Origin: Heterodontus francisci
Lineage: Eukaryota
Reading direction: 5' to 3'
Assembly: GCF_036365525.1 (NCBI RefSeq)
Contig: NC_090388.1
Location: 64,133,726 to 64,197,725 of the forward strand
DNA: 64,000 nt
Shown here: positions 49,546-63,200 of the stretch, in pieces
Position numbering within the stretch: the first letter of the stretch is position 1
Layout of the letters: every line of letters starts with the position of its first letter
Notes under the pieces: generated by a model
The model's database searches: none
What the model saw: only the letters and a program-made list of their open reading frames with translations
Told to the model about the DNA's origin: nothing
Made by a program: the position numbers and the translations under genes

Positions 49546-52500
49546 GTGATAAACATACTAGGACACTAGGAGAACTCCCCTTCTCTTTTTTAAATAGTCC
49601 CATGGAATTTTTCATGACCACCTGAGGGGATAGATGGAACCTCAGTTTAATGTCTCATCCAAAACACAGTACCTTTGACAATGCAGCATTTCCTCAGTAC
49701 TGCACTGGAGTGCCCACTAAAATAATGTGCTCAGATATTTTAGCTGTCTTGTAGGGGAATAGATAACCATGCCACCTAGTGACAGGTTAGTGTTGTCCTT
49801 CAGCACTGGAATTCCCATTAGAATGCTACGTGGCTCCACAGTGGATACTTACAGAAAATTGTTCAGTTTAGTATTGGAATTTTTCAGTGGAATTCACGCC
49901 TTATGCAAGATTTTTAATAAAATACTAGTTAATTTCAAGCGGGGAATTGAGCCAACTTTTGCTTTCAGTTGAAACACGGTTAGAGAGTACAACCCATTTT
50001 AAATTCATACAAACTCATTTTATATTATAAATTCCTCCGTCCACATTTAAAATGGAAACAGCCTATGCCATGACAGTATGACAAGTTTAGATATGTTCAC
50101 ATTTAAAATAGAAACTAAGAATTTATAATTGAAAAATGTGACAAAGAGCATAGACGTCACATTTTTAATGTTATGACTGAGGTGGGAGGAGTGCAGTTTT
50201 TTTTCTAGTTTCACTTCTCCACAGGTCACAACATATATTTAATGTTTACCCAGTTACTGATGCAGTCGATCATAGACTCTATCCCAGAATAAAATACACC
50301 AACCAGGTTTCTTTAAGAAACAAAATTATCAGATTATAAAACAAGACTTAGCCAGTAATGAAGCAAAGCATGAACACACACATTGAAATATGAAAGTTCC
50401 CTTTTTACCTTAGCCCCTCACATACACGTTAAACCAAAAAAGGAGAGAACTTCTGGTTAGAGCTCTGCTACAAAAAAAAACAAAAAGGCAGAATACTTTG
50501 GCCAAATACTTGCTAATTCCTGAAGAAAAAAAGTGGAAATTTGTCAGTTGTCCCTTTATTCTGGCGTCCCAAATACGCATAGACTGCTGTCACTGGGATC
50601 TTTCTAGAACTGTTCTTTTTAATGCGACGTTGAAGATCAGTTTGGCAGGCTTTCCAGGAGAAATGCGGCATCAGTTTCTCGATTTCTTACTCTTGATTCT
50701 CAGATGGAACAACTGGCAGGCTTCTCAAAGAGGTGGAAAAAGCTGAACTGGGGTTTTGTCCATGGCAGGTTGATTTTTAAACTAAATTTCAAAACACGGT
50801 CCACATTCCAGCTGCCTATCCAAAGCGAAACCAAAAACAATATCCCAAGTGTCAAGCCTCCTTATCACGATAAATCTTGACCAGTCATTTTTCTGTAAAC
50901 ATCTCCCCCAAGTGAAAAAGCCCCTGCTGGGTATTTATCTGAAGACAGGTGACTTCTAGCAAATGTTGTGTTCAATCAAGACCTCTCAGTGTCACTTTCA
51001 ATGACCCCAGTGAAAAAAAATCCATGGAATCCTTTTCAGTTTTCCCAAATAAAACAATGTCCATAATTCTAAAATACACGAGTCCTCAAAATATAGAAGC
51101 ACCACAACACTTTCATCCTTATATGAAACGAAACACCATTTTCAAACATATTATAAAAGTATAGAGAAAACAGAAGATGAAAAATGTTAAAACACATTTA
51201 CACATTCACTCTCACTCATTCTTTACCTGCAGCAAATACAGTTCTGCTTTGTACCATCTTTGCACTGATAACTTAAAGCAAAGTTAAATCCTGGACAAAG
51301 CATCTACAATTACATTATGTTGCTGCACAATGTGGATAATCTTTAAGTGATAAGATTGCAATAGTAAACTCCATCGGAATAGTCTGGCATTCTGGTTTTT
51401 GAATTTTTCCACAAAGGCTAGGGGTTATGATCAGTATATACCAGTGTGTCTCTGTAGTCATGGTGGACATAGATCTCAAAATGTTTAAGAGCTAGTATAA
51501 GCCTAGGGTTTCTGTTTCCACTGTTGAATATCTTTTTTGGTGTCAATTTAGCTTTTCAGAAAAGAATCCCACTGGCCTTTCTATGCTGGATTCATTGTTT
51601 TATAAAAGAACTGCACCAGCCCCAGGTCACTATCAATTGCTACCTTGAAGGATTCATGAAATTTGGAGCAGCTAACATTGGTTCATTAATCAAAATGGCT
51701 TTCAGCCTCTCAAAAGATGCTTGGCACTCCCCTGGTTTTTTTTTTTTGTAGCAAAATCGTTCAGTGGAGCAGCTATAGTACTAAAATTTGGCACAAACGT
51801 GCAGTAGAAGCCACACATCCCAAAAACCTCATGGTTTCTCATTTAATCTGTGGGGTCAGAAACTCCACCAATGCTTGTACTTTTGCTGTTCTTGGCAATA
51901 CTTGTCCTTGCCCTACTATATGCCAAGGTAGGTTACTCTGGCTTTTGCATATTCACTTTTGGCAAGGTTCATCACTAAATCAGCAGATTATAATTCTCTA
52001 AACAGAGCTTCTAGTTGTTCCAAGTGGTCCTTCTAAATGTCACTGAATATCACAACATTGTCAAGGTAAACGACACAGTTAGGAACACTGGCTATGGATT
52101 GGTTCATTAGTCTCTGAAAAGTGGTTGGGGCATTTTTTAGCCCGAATGGCATCACTCAGCATTTGAAAAGACTGGCTGCTATGACAAAGTCCAATATTTC
52201 TTTAGTTCAGGGTGTTAAAGGAACCTTCCAGTATCCCTTTAACGAATCTATTTTTGTAAGAAACATAGCACTGCTCATTCGGTCAATACAGTCTTCCAAG
52301 TGAGGAATTGGGTAGGAGTCTGCCTTTGTTACTGCATCAACCTTTCTGAAGTCTATGCAGAATCCAGTTGAACCAGCACCAACACCACTGGGGAACTCCT
52401 GCTGCTTTGACTGGGTTCAATTAGGTGGTTTTCCAGCATGTATTGGGTTTCTGCTTTTACCTGGGCCTGTTTCTCTGGACTGAAGCGGTAAGGATGCAGT

Positions 52501-55331
52501 TTTATAGGAAAGGATTCCCCTACATCCACATCATGTGTGGCTAAGGTTGCACATCCTGGCTTGTCCCTACAGACTCCTTTAAATGCTGAGTAGCCTAGTT
52601 AGGTCTTCTCGATGTTTTTATATTTAGATGCAGAACATAGTGTCCAATCTCCCTAATAATTCAGTATGAGCTAACCGGATAGTAGGAGGTTCAATTTGAG
52701 AATTGTCTAGGTCTCTTTCTGCCTCATCCTCACTATCCCTTTCATCCTTCACTGTCTCTACTACCTGTCATACCGGTACTTGCCTATCCTCCTCCTGGCA
52801 ATAATATTGTTTTAATATATTGATATGACACAGCCGATTCTTCTTCCGGCAATCTGGGGTGTCAAATAGTTTACTTTACCAATTCTTTTGACCGCTTTAT
52901 ATGTACCACTGAACCGTGCTTTCAGTGGTTCACCCTGCAAAGGCAGTAATATGAACACCACATCCCCTGGTTGAAATGTTCAGCTCTTGGCATGCTTGTC
53001 TGGGAAGCTTTCAGGTGCTCCTGAGCCACTTTACAGGCTCTCATGAGCCGTTCCCAGAACACTGGTACATAATCTAGTACAGAAGATTCATCCCTCAGTT
53101 CTAAAAACATTTCTTTAGTGTAAGAGAACCTCTTCTCTCATGTCCATAAACTAATTCAAAAGGACTAAAACCAGTAGTCACATTAAGTGAATCCCTCGTA
53201 GCAGAAGAAATTTTAGCCCTTTATCCCAATCATGGAATACTGTTATGAATATCCCCCTGATCATCATTTTGAAGGTCTGATGGTACCTTTCTAAAGCCCC
53301 TTTTGTCTGTAGGGGATGTGCTGAAGACTTTAACTGTGTTATACCCAAATTATTCACAACTTCCTGGAAACTTTCAGACATAAAATTAGAACCTTGATCC
53401 AACTGAATCTCAATCAGTAATCCATATCAAGAGAACGGGGCTAACTTCTCTACCACAACCTTAGCAGAAATTGTTCTCAAGGGAATAGCTTCTGGGAACG
53501 GAGTAGCCATATCCATGATAGTGAGTATTTATTGGTGTCCCGCTTCTGTTTACAGTAAAAAGGTCCTACACAGTCTACCAACACCCTACTAAATGCTTCC
53601 CCAAAAACAGGAATGGGAATTAGAGGTGTCAGTTTTACGGCAGGTTGAGGTTTTCCCCCACAATCTGGCACATTTTACAAAATTGTACCATGTCCTTGGA
53701 AAGACCTGGCCAGTATAAATGGTGATTTGTGTGTGATTGGATCTTCCGGATCCCCACATTTCTCACTGTAAAAATTTCCTGGGCTATCCTTAATATTTCC
53801 CGGTGATACTACTATCTGATGAACAACCATCCATTCTTCATCCGTGGGTCTGGGAGGAGGTCTCCAGTTCATCAGAATCCCATTTTTAATATAATAGCCT
53901 TCCAGAACTCCTTTTGCCTCAGCTTCCAAGAGAGCTGATTTTGCCACTTTACTTAACTCTGGATTGGCTTGCTGAGACTTGATCAGAGAAGATTTATTGA
54001 ACATTTCCTTCAGATTATCCAAACTCCCAAAAAAGTTTCAGATATTTGGCTCTGTGGCGTTAGCTTTATCTTCAACAATGGGACTTGTTTAGCCACTGCT
54101 CGGGTCGCTACACATGAAGGAAAAGTTCCAGGAACCTTTTCCTGCAACTGTTCTGTCTTTAACTTCACTTGGTTTTTCTGTGACTACTGGAAAAGCTATT
54201 ATCTTTGCTCCGGCCAAATCATTCCCCAGGAGTAGGTCAACTCCATCTACCGGCAAACTATGGACAACTCCTACAGTTACTGTTTCAGATATTAGGTCAC
54301 ACTCTAGGTACACCCAATACAAAGTTATGGGTATATACTCCCTGCTGCTACCATTCACTAAAACCTTGGCATTCAGTGCACACTCTGGTGGAAATGTTAT
54401 ACCTTTCCCCAACAGAGTTTGGGTGGCTCCTGTATCCCTCATGATCACTACAGGTTTACCTGCCTCACTTGAGGGATAAGGAGTTACTTTTCCTTTTGAC
54501 AAGAATTCTCTATAACTATCAGGTATCCTGTTTACGTCTTCCACATTCTCAGCGGTTTTTGTACTTGGCCTTACAGCTGCAGTCAGAGCTACAGCCTGAT
54601 CTGTTGTACTCTCAGTCAGGGCCCCTTTATCTACATTGGACTTATTGGGGTACAGAAGTCCAATGTGTTTACAACTTCCAACATTTTGCATGAAGGTGTC
54701 CCACCTTGTGATAATGGTAACATTTAGGCTTGTGGACCTCAGCGCATTCCGTTCTGGCCGGAGGAGATGCCAGGGCGTTTCCAGCTGTCCCTTGTCCCTG
54801 ACTACTTGCCTTCCTTTCACCCTCCCACCTTCAATCCTGCTCTGGTTTGTGGGAGTGACGGACAAAGGGTTTGGGCTTATAAACAAGCTCATAATAATCA
54901 GCGATGTCTGCTGCCTGTCTGACTGTTGAAATTTTCTGGTTCTCTACATGGGTTCTTACTAACAGAAGGAATGAACTTTTAAATTCTTCCAGGAGAATTA
55001 GTTCCGTTAGGGTTTCTCATGTGACCTCTATCTTTAGTGCCCACATCCAATCGAAATTAATTTGCTTTACCCTCTCAAATAAGTCTGCCCAGGCTGTCTC
55101 CAGAGGTTCTGAAATTTCTGCCTGTATGCTTCAGGGACCAACTCATAAGGCTATTCTCGTTGCTTTTTTCCCCATCGCAATCTGCAGAGGCCTCCTCAGA
55201 AAAGCATGGCATAAACTTCATCAGCTCTGCCCCTCAACCTGTTTTCCTTCGGCCACTTCATCTGTTTAGCTATCTTTTTAAAAGGAAATGAAAAATGCCT
55301 CCAAGTCCCTTTCCTCAAACTCCGAGAGGGC

Positions 55332-58300
55332 TTTTTTTTATATTCATTCACGGGATGTGGGCATCGCAGGCCAGACCAGCATTTATTGCCCATCCCTAAT
55401 TGCACTTGAGAAGGTGGTGGTGAGCTGCCTTCTTGAACTGCTGCAGTCAACGTGAGGTAGGTACACCCACAGTGCTGTTAGGAAGGGAGTTCCAGGATTT
55501 TGGCCCAGCGACAGTGAAGGAACGGCGATATAGTTCCAAGTCAGGTTGGTGTGTGACTTGAAGGGGAAAATTGTAGGTGGTGGTGTTCCCACATATTTGC
55601 TGCCCTTGTCCTTCTAGTTGGTACAGGTCGCGGGTTTGGAAGGTGCTGTCTAAGGAGCCTTGGTGCGTTGCTGCAGTGCATCTTGTAGATGGTACACACT
55701 GCTGCTACTGTGCGTCGGTGGTGGAGGGAGTGAATGTTTGTAGATGGGGTGCCAATCAAGCTGGCCGTTTTCTCCTGGATGGTGTCGAGCTTCTTGAGTG
55801 TTGTTGGAGCTGCACCCATCCAGGCAAGTGGAGAGTATTCCATCACACTCCTGACTTGTGCCTTTGTAGATGGTGGACAGGCATTGCGGAGACAGGAGAT
55901 GAGTTACTCGCCTCAGGATTCCTAGCCTCTGACCTGCTCTTGTAGCCACGGTATTTATATGGCTACTCCAGTTCAGTTTTCGGTCAATGGTAGCCCCTAG
56001 GATGTTGATAGTGGGGGATTCAGCGATGGTAATGCCGTTGAATGTCAAGGGGAGATGGTTAGATTCTCTTTTGTTGGAGATGGTCATTGCCTGGCACTTG
56101 TGTGGCACGAATGTTACTTGCCACTTATCAGCCCAAGCCTGGATATTGTCCAGGTCTTTCTGCATTTCTACACAGACTGCTTCAATATCTGAGGAGTTGC
56201 GAATGGTGCTGAACATTGTGCAATCATCAGCGAACATCCCCACCTCTGACCTTATGATTGAAGTAAGGTCATTGATGAAGCAGCTGAAGATGGTTGGGCC
56301 TAGGACACTACCCTGAGGTACTCCTGCAGTGATGTCCTGGAGCTCAGATGATTGACCTCCAACAACCACAACCATCTTCCTTTGCGCTCGGTATGACTCC
56401 AGCCAGTGGAGGGTTTTCCCCCTGATTCCCATTGACCTCAGTTTTGCTAGGGCTCCTTGATGCCATACTCGGTCAAATGCTGCCTTGATGTCAAGGGCAG
56501 TCACTCTCACCTCACTTCTTCAGTTCAGCTCTTTTGTCCATGTTTGAACCAAGGCTGTAATGAGGTCAGGAGCTGAGTGGCCCTGGCGGAACCCAAACTG
56601 AGCATCACTGAGCAGGTTATTGCTAAGCAAGTGCTGCTTGATGGCACTGTTGATGACACCTTCCATCACTTTACTGATGATTGAGAGTAGGCTAATGGGG
56701 CGGTAATTGGCCGGGTTGGATTTGTCCTGCTTTTTGTGTGCAGGACATACCTGGGCAACTTTCCACATTGCAGGGTAGATGCCAGTGTTGTAGCTGTACT
56801 GGAATAGCTTGGCTAGGGGCGCGGCAAGTTCTGGAGCACAGGTCTTCAGTACTATTGCCGGAATATTGTCAGGGCCCATAGCCTTTGCAGTATCCAGTGC
56901 CTTCAGTCGTTTCTTGATATCACGTGGAGTGAATCGAATTGGCTGAAGTTTGGCATCTGTGATGCTGGGGACTTTAGGAGGCCGAGATGGATCATCAACT
57001 CGGCATTTCTGGCTGAAGATTGTTGCAAATGCTTCAGCCTTATCTTTCGCACTGATGTGCTGGGCTCCCCCATCATTGAGGATAGGGATATTTGTGGAGC
57101 CACCTCTTCCAGTTAGTTGTTTAATTGTCCACCACCATTCATGGCTGGATGTGGCAGGACTTCAGAGCTTAGATCTGATCCGTTGGTTATGGGATCGCTT
57201 AGCTCTGTCTATCGCATGCTGCTTATGCATGTTGTAGCTTCACCAGGTTGACACCTCATTTTGAGGTATGCCTGGTGCTGCTCCTGGCATGTTCTCCTGC
57301 ACTCTTCATTGAACCAGGGTTTGTCTCCTGGCTTGATGGTAATGGTAGAGTGGGGGATATGCCGGGCCATGAGGTTACAGATTGTGGTTGAGTACAATTC
57401 TGCTGCTGCTGATGGCCCACAGCGCCTCATGGATGCCCAGTTTTGCACTGCTAGATCCGTTCGAAATGTATCCCATTCAGCACGGTGATAGTGCCACACA
57501 ACACGATGGACGGTATCCTCAATGTGAAGGCGGGACTTCTTCTCCACAAGGACTGTGCGGTGGTCACTCCTACCAATACTGTCATGGACAGATGCATCCG
57601 TGGCAGGCAGATTGGTGAGGACGAGGTCGAGTATGTTCTTCCCTCGTGTTGCTTCCCCCACCACCTGCCGCAGGCCTAGTCTAGCAGCTATGTCCTTTAG
57701 GACTCGGCCAGCTCAGTCAGTAGTGGTGCTACCGAGCCACTCATGGTGATGGACATTGAAGTCCCCCACCCAGAGGACATTTTGTGCCCTTGCCACCCTC
57801 AGTGCTTCCTCCAAGTGGTGTTCAACATGGAGGAGTACTGAGTCATCAGCTGAGGGAGGGCGGTAGATGGTAATCAGTAGGAGGTTACCTTGCCCATATT
57901 TAACCTGATGCCATGAGACTTCATGAGGTCCGGAGTCGATGTTGAGGACTCCCAGGGCAACTCCCTCCCTACTGTATACCACTGTGCCACCACCTCTGCT
58001 GGGTCTGTCTTGCCGGTGGGACAGGACGTACCCGGGGATGGTGAAGGCAATGTCTGGGACATTGTCTGTTAGGTATGATTCCGTGAGTATGACTATGTCA
58101 GGCTGTTGCTTGACTAGTCTGTGGGACAGCTCTCCCAACTTTGGCACAAGCCCCCAGATGTTAGTAAGGAGGACTTTGCAGGGTCAACAGGGCTGGATTT
58201 GCCGTTGTCGTTTCCGGTGCCTAGGTTGATGCCGGGTGGTCCGTCCGGTTTCATTCCTTTTTATAGACTTCGTAGCGGTTAGGTACAACTGAGTGGCTTG

Positions 58301-58605
58301 CTAGGCCATTTCAGGAGGGCAAGTAAGAGTTAACCACATTGCTGTGGGTCTGGAGTCACATGTCGCCAGACCAGGTAAGGACAGCAGATTTCCTTCCCTA
58401 AAGGACATTAGTGAACCAGATGGGTTTTTACAACAATCGACAATGGTTTCATGGCCATCATTAGACCAGTTTTTAATTCCAGATTTTTATTAAGTTCAAA
58501 TTCCACCTTCTGCTGTGGTGGGATTCAAACCCATGTCCCCAGAGGAATACCCTGGGTCTCTGGGTTACTAGTCCAGTGATAATACCACTTTGCCACCGCC
58601 TACCC
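55332..58605 (-). mobile_element. Apparently full-length ORF1-less CR1/L2-group LINE with tRNA-like 5' head (this copy disabled)
   Basis: APE from KVLLTNIWGL, ILTESYL, GGGTVVY, YRPP, GDFN; RT PQGSVLGP, MFADD; host gag sequence resumes on both sides. Confidence 0.85.
58515..58605 (-). promoter_or_regulatory. tRNA-derived internal Pol III promoter (tRNA-Thr(AGT)-like)
   Basis: A box TGGCAAAGTGG (58585-58595), B box GGTTTGAATCC (58521-58531), anticodon-like arm CTGGA-CTAGTAA-CCCAG. Confidence 0.7.
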
Positions 58606-59172
58606 TGATTACACAAATTTAGACAGCTCTCCACTGGGTCCTGGGCTGAAGTCATATCTTTTCTCACCAGAGCTTTCACTGGAGTCAAGACCACCCCTTT
58701 CTCTTAGTTATATATTTTTAAATTTGAATTCTCTTTCCTGCCACTCTGCTTGCGCCCTTTGGAATTCTAGTACAACTTTTTTTTCCCAATGTCAAATCCC
58801 ATTCCTGCTTTTTCCCTTCCAAGTTCAAGCTGCTTCATCTGCAATTGAACTTCAGCTAATTCAGTGGCACTACCATCTGGTTCACCTTTTTATTCTTCCA
58901 ATTGCAAATGCTGTACTATTTCTTCAATTATGTTTGCTTTCTTTGCTCCTGGTTTTAACTCAACCCCAATTTTACTGCCAATGCCATTAGCTTAGTCTTG
59001 GTTAAATTTCTCAAATCACTCAGGGATAAGTCCTCCTTCTCCAGAAAGGTCGTAGCAACTGACAAATCCATTCCGGTAATGTAAACTTTAATGCACAAGA
59101 AACCTTTTTTTTTTTTAAAAACTTCTCTTTTCAATTATTACCACCTCATTTGCAATTGCATGTCATCGGGTT

Positions 59173-59190
59173 ATCCCAAATGAGCCCTCA
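59173..59190 (-). promoter_or_regulatory. Primer binding site, tRNA-Pro type
   Basis: TGAGGGCTCATTTGGGAT vs PBS-Pro TGGGGGCTCGTCCGGGAT (14/18, all transitions), 2 nt from the LTR end. Confidence 0.75.
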
Positions 59191-59313
59191 GTTGTATATC
59201 ACGATCGAGGCAGGAGGAGTGCACTGTTTTTTTTCTAGTTCCACTTCTCCACAGGTCACAACATACATTTAAATTTTTATCTAGTTATTCATGTAGTCAA
59301 TCATAGACTCTAT

Positions 59314-60043
59314 AGGCTGAATTTCATCAGCACGCCGCCACGCAGCACAGTGTGAAGTCGGCAGCCTTCCAACAGGGCAGTGCTGCCGCACAGCCCCTGC
59401 GATATTACGCATGGGGGCTCATTTAAATAGAGGGGCAGAGTGAACACCCCTGATGTAGAGTGAGCAGACACCACGTCCCCAGCAATGGCGTCACTGCCAT
59501 TTTTAAAGGACTTCAAGCCTTTAGGATATATTTTAAAAGGTGCCGGTGTGATAAAAAAAAAATGTTTAATTTAACATTGAATCCCCTCGACCACCCATTC
59601 CCCCCCCCCTCCCCCCACTGAGTCCTCAACACAAATTGACCTACGCCCCCCAAAAATACTTTGAATTTCCAAACATCCCCCGCCCCCCCCCCCCCAAACT
59701 TGTGTCTGACCCTCAACCCCTTCCCACCATCCCCACAACCAATCGGAATAGTTTTCCCCACTCCCCTTCCCAATAATTTTATTCCTTCCCCCTCCCTACC
59801 AACATCTCATCTCCGAAGGTGCGTGAGTTGCAGCTGATTGGCCATAAAATCAGCTTGGGATGGCCGCCAACAGGCAAGTTCATCTGCATTTTAATTACCC
59901 TCATTTTAATATTTTAACAAAGGCCTCAACACTGCTAATATCCAGCAGGGCCTTCTCAGCGTTGTGGCGGGCCACTCATGCTAACATTTTACAGGTCTCC
60001 CCACCACGACCCATGGCATTGAGGGGCTGGTAAAATTCAGCCC
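59314..60043. mobile_element. TIR non-autonomous element (Harbinger-like) inserted in the 5' LTR
   Basis: aggctgaatttcatcagc / gctggtaaaattcagccc; absent from the 3' LTR; 3-bp flanks tat/tac. Confidence 0.7.
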
Positions 60044-60279
60044 TACTTTTTATCCCAGAATAAAATACATCAACCAGATTTCTTTAATAAAATTATCAGT
60101 TTATTCTAAAACAAGACTTAACAAGTAACAAAGCAAAGCATTAAACACACAGATTGAAATATGAAAGTTCCCTTTTTACCCTAACCTGTGTGTGAGAGGG
60201 GTTAACTGAAAAATAGAGATTTGCTCTTTAGAGCTCAGTTACAAAAAAAGTACTTTGACCAAATACTTGCTAATTCCTG

Positions 60280-63200
60280 CTGCTGTGAGCCATACATGCT
60301 CAGTTTGAAGAAACTGAGTGAAAAAAGCAACTGAGACATCACAGGAAACTAGTAAGTTGATTGGCCAGTAAGTGCTTCGTGTAAGGGACAGTGTGTTAAT
60401 AGCTAGCTTAGGACACCGGAGTTAAGGAAGATCTATAAAACTAAAACTTTAAAATACCTGAAACACATAAACCGTGTAACTAAGAAATGTATAACTTAGT
60501 TGTCGGTGGTACTAGCATTTAATAAGCACAGCATAATTCTTATATATACTATTTACTAAAGTTAATTAAGTAATTAAATGAAACAAAAAGTAACAAGTGT
60601 TATGTTGCAATTGTGAAATGTGGGATCTCCTGGATGCCAATGCGATCCAGGACAAACATGTCTGCAGAAATTCCAGATCAAGATTATTGATCTGGAAGCC
60701 GAACTGCAGACACTGTGCAACATCAGGGAAGGGGAAAGATAGCTGGACACTTTGTACCAGAACATGGTCCCATCCCCGAGAATAGGATGGTCTCTTTTGG
60801 TCAGCAGTGAAGGATAGGAGGGTGTGACCACAAGTGAGGCAGATATAGGGACTGAGCAGTGGAGGAGCCTCAGCCCTTGCAATTGTCAAACAGGTTTAAG
60901 GTGCTTGCAACCTGTGTGGACAAAAGTGAGGTCTACAGGGCAGATGAGCAGACTGGCCATGGCACCATGGTACAGGAAGCCATTCAAGTTGGAGCAAAGA
61001 GGAAAGTAGTGGTAGTAGGGAACAGTGCAATGAGGGGGATTAATACTGTTCTCTGAAGCAAAGAGCAAGAGTTCAGAAGGTTGGGTTGCCTGTCCAGTGC
61101 CAGGGCTGGAGAGGAACTTGCAGTGGGAGGGGGAGGATCCAGTTGTCATGGCCCTTGTAGGTACCAATGGCATAGGCAGGACAAGGAAAGAGGTTCTGCA
61201 TAGTCAGTATAAGGGGCAAAGCACCAAATTAAGCAGAACCTGAAAAGGTGATCATCTCTGGATTGTTACCTGAGCCATGTGCAAATTGGTATAGGGCAAA
61301 TAAGATTAGAGAAATGAATGCGTGGTAGAAGTGGGTTCCAGTTCATGAGCACCGGTACCAATACTGGGGAAAGTGGGGGCTGTACCGTCGGGACGGTCTA
61401 CATCTGAACCGTGCTGGGATCAGTGTTCTTGTGAGCCACATAACTAGGGAAGTAGAGAGGGTTTTAAACTAAATAATGGGGGAAAGGGATCAAATTTGAA
61501 AAGGTGTGGTAAATCAGAGTAGAGACAAAGATATTAATATGGGAAATGATAAAGAGAGCATGACAAGAAGGGACAGAGTACAAATCTAAGAGTAAATCAG
61601 CAGATAAGATTATAGGTTACAAAAACAAAAAAAAAGGACCAAACTAAAGTCTCTGAATGCACGTAGCATTCAAAACAAAACAGATGAACTGATAGCACAA
61701 ATAGAAATAAATAAATACAACCCAATAGCCTTTACAAAAGACATGGCTGCAGGATGACAGATTTGGATCCGAATATTGAAGGCTACATGACATTTAGGAA
61801 GGACAGAAAGCTAGGAAAAGGTGGAGGGGTGGCTCTGTTAATTAATGATGGTATTAGTACAATAGAGAGGGATGATCCAAGTTCAGGAAACAAGCATGTA
61901 GAAGCAGTTTGGGTAGAGATGAGAAATGATAAAGGCAAGGAGTCACTTGTGGGAGTGGTGTACATGGCCCCCAACAGTAGCCACACAGCAGGAAAGGCCA
62001 ACCAGAAAGCAGTCTATACCAGATCTGGTATCATGCAATGAGATAGGATTAATGACCTCATAGTGAAGGCACCCCTTGGCAGCAATGATCATAATATGAT
62101 TGAATTTTACATTCAGTTTGAGGGAGAGAAAAGAGTGGCTCTAAGACTAGTATTTTAAACTTAAATAAGGACAATTATGAGGGCATGAGAGCAGAGTTAG
62201 CTGAAGAAGTGAACTGGCAAATTAGGTTAAGGGATAGGTCAATAGAGATGCAGTGGCAGACATTTAAGGTGATATTTCAGAATACACAGAATAGATACAT
62301 TGCAATGAGAAAGAAAAATTCCAAGGGGAGGACCCACTATCCGTGGTTAACTAAAAAAAATTAAAGATAGTATCAAACTTAAAAATTATATAATTGTGCA
62401 AAGATGGGTGGCAAGGCAGAAGATTGGACAGAATTTAAAGAACAGCAAAGAACGACTAAAAAATTAATAAGGAGGGAAAAAATAGAGTATGAGAGAAAGC
62501 TAGCTAGAAATATAAAAAAATAGTAAGAGTTTCTATAGATATTTTTAAAAAGTTAACAAAGTGAGCACTAGTCCCATAGAAAGTGAGTCTGGGGAATTAA
62601 TAATGGAAAATAAGGGGATGGCAGATGAATTGAACAGGTATTTTGCATCAGTCTTCACTATAGAGGACTCAAGTAACATCCCATAAATAAACGAAGTGGC
62701 TGGTAAGATCATCGATGCATTGGTTTTAATTTTCCAAAATTCCCTCGATTCAGGGAAGGTTCCATTAGATTGGAAAATAGCAAATTTAACTCCTTTATTC
62801 AAAAAGGGAGAGAGACAGAAAGCAGGAAATTACAAGCCAGTTAGCTTAACATCTGTCATAGGAAAAATGTTAGAAACTATTATTAAAGACATTATGGCAG
62901 GGCACTTCAAAAAATTCAAGGTAATCAGGCAGTTATGGTTTTGTTAAAGGGAAATCATGTTTAAGCAATTTATTGGAGGTTTTTTTTTAAGTAACTTGTG
63001 CTGTGGATAAAGGGGAACTGGTGGATGTGCTGTACTTAGATTTCCAGAAGGCATTTGATAAGGTGCCACAAAGGTTATTGCAAAAGATAAAAGCTCATGG
63101 TGTAGGGAGTAACATATTAGCATGGATAGAAGATTGGCTAGATGACAGGAAACCGTAGACATAAATGGGTCATTTTCTGGTTGGCAAGATGCAACAAGTG

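Larger units (their letters stand above)
50169..60279 (-). mobile_element. Decayed Gypsy LTR retrotransposon of Gmr1 type (gag-PR-INT-RT-RH)
   Basis: 3' LTR 50169-51109; 5' LTR 59193-~60279 (interrupted); purine tract 51110-51120; PR RDTGA/LLGNDL at 54200-54460; INT VDCVGP, DQGSNFMS, GALERYHQT at 53100-53830; [20 protein letters not shown] at ~52050-52150; RH TDHNPL, DALSR at 51290-51450. Confidence 0.88.
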
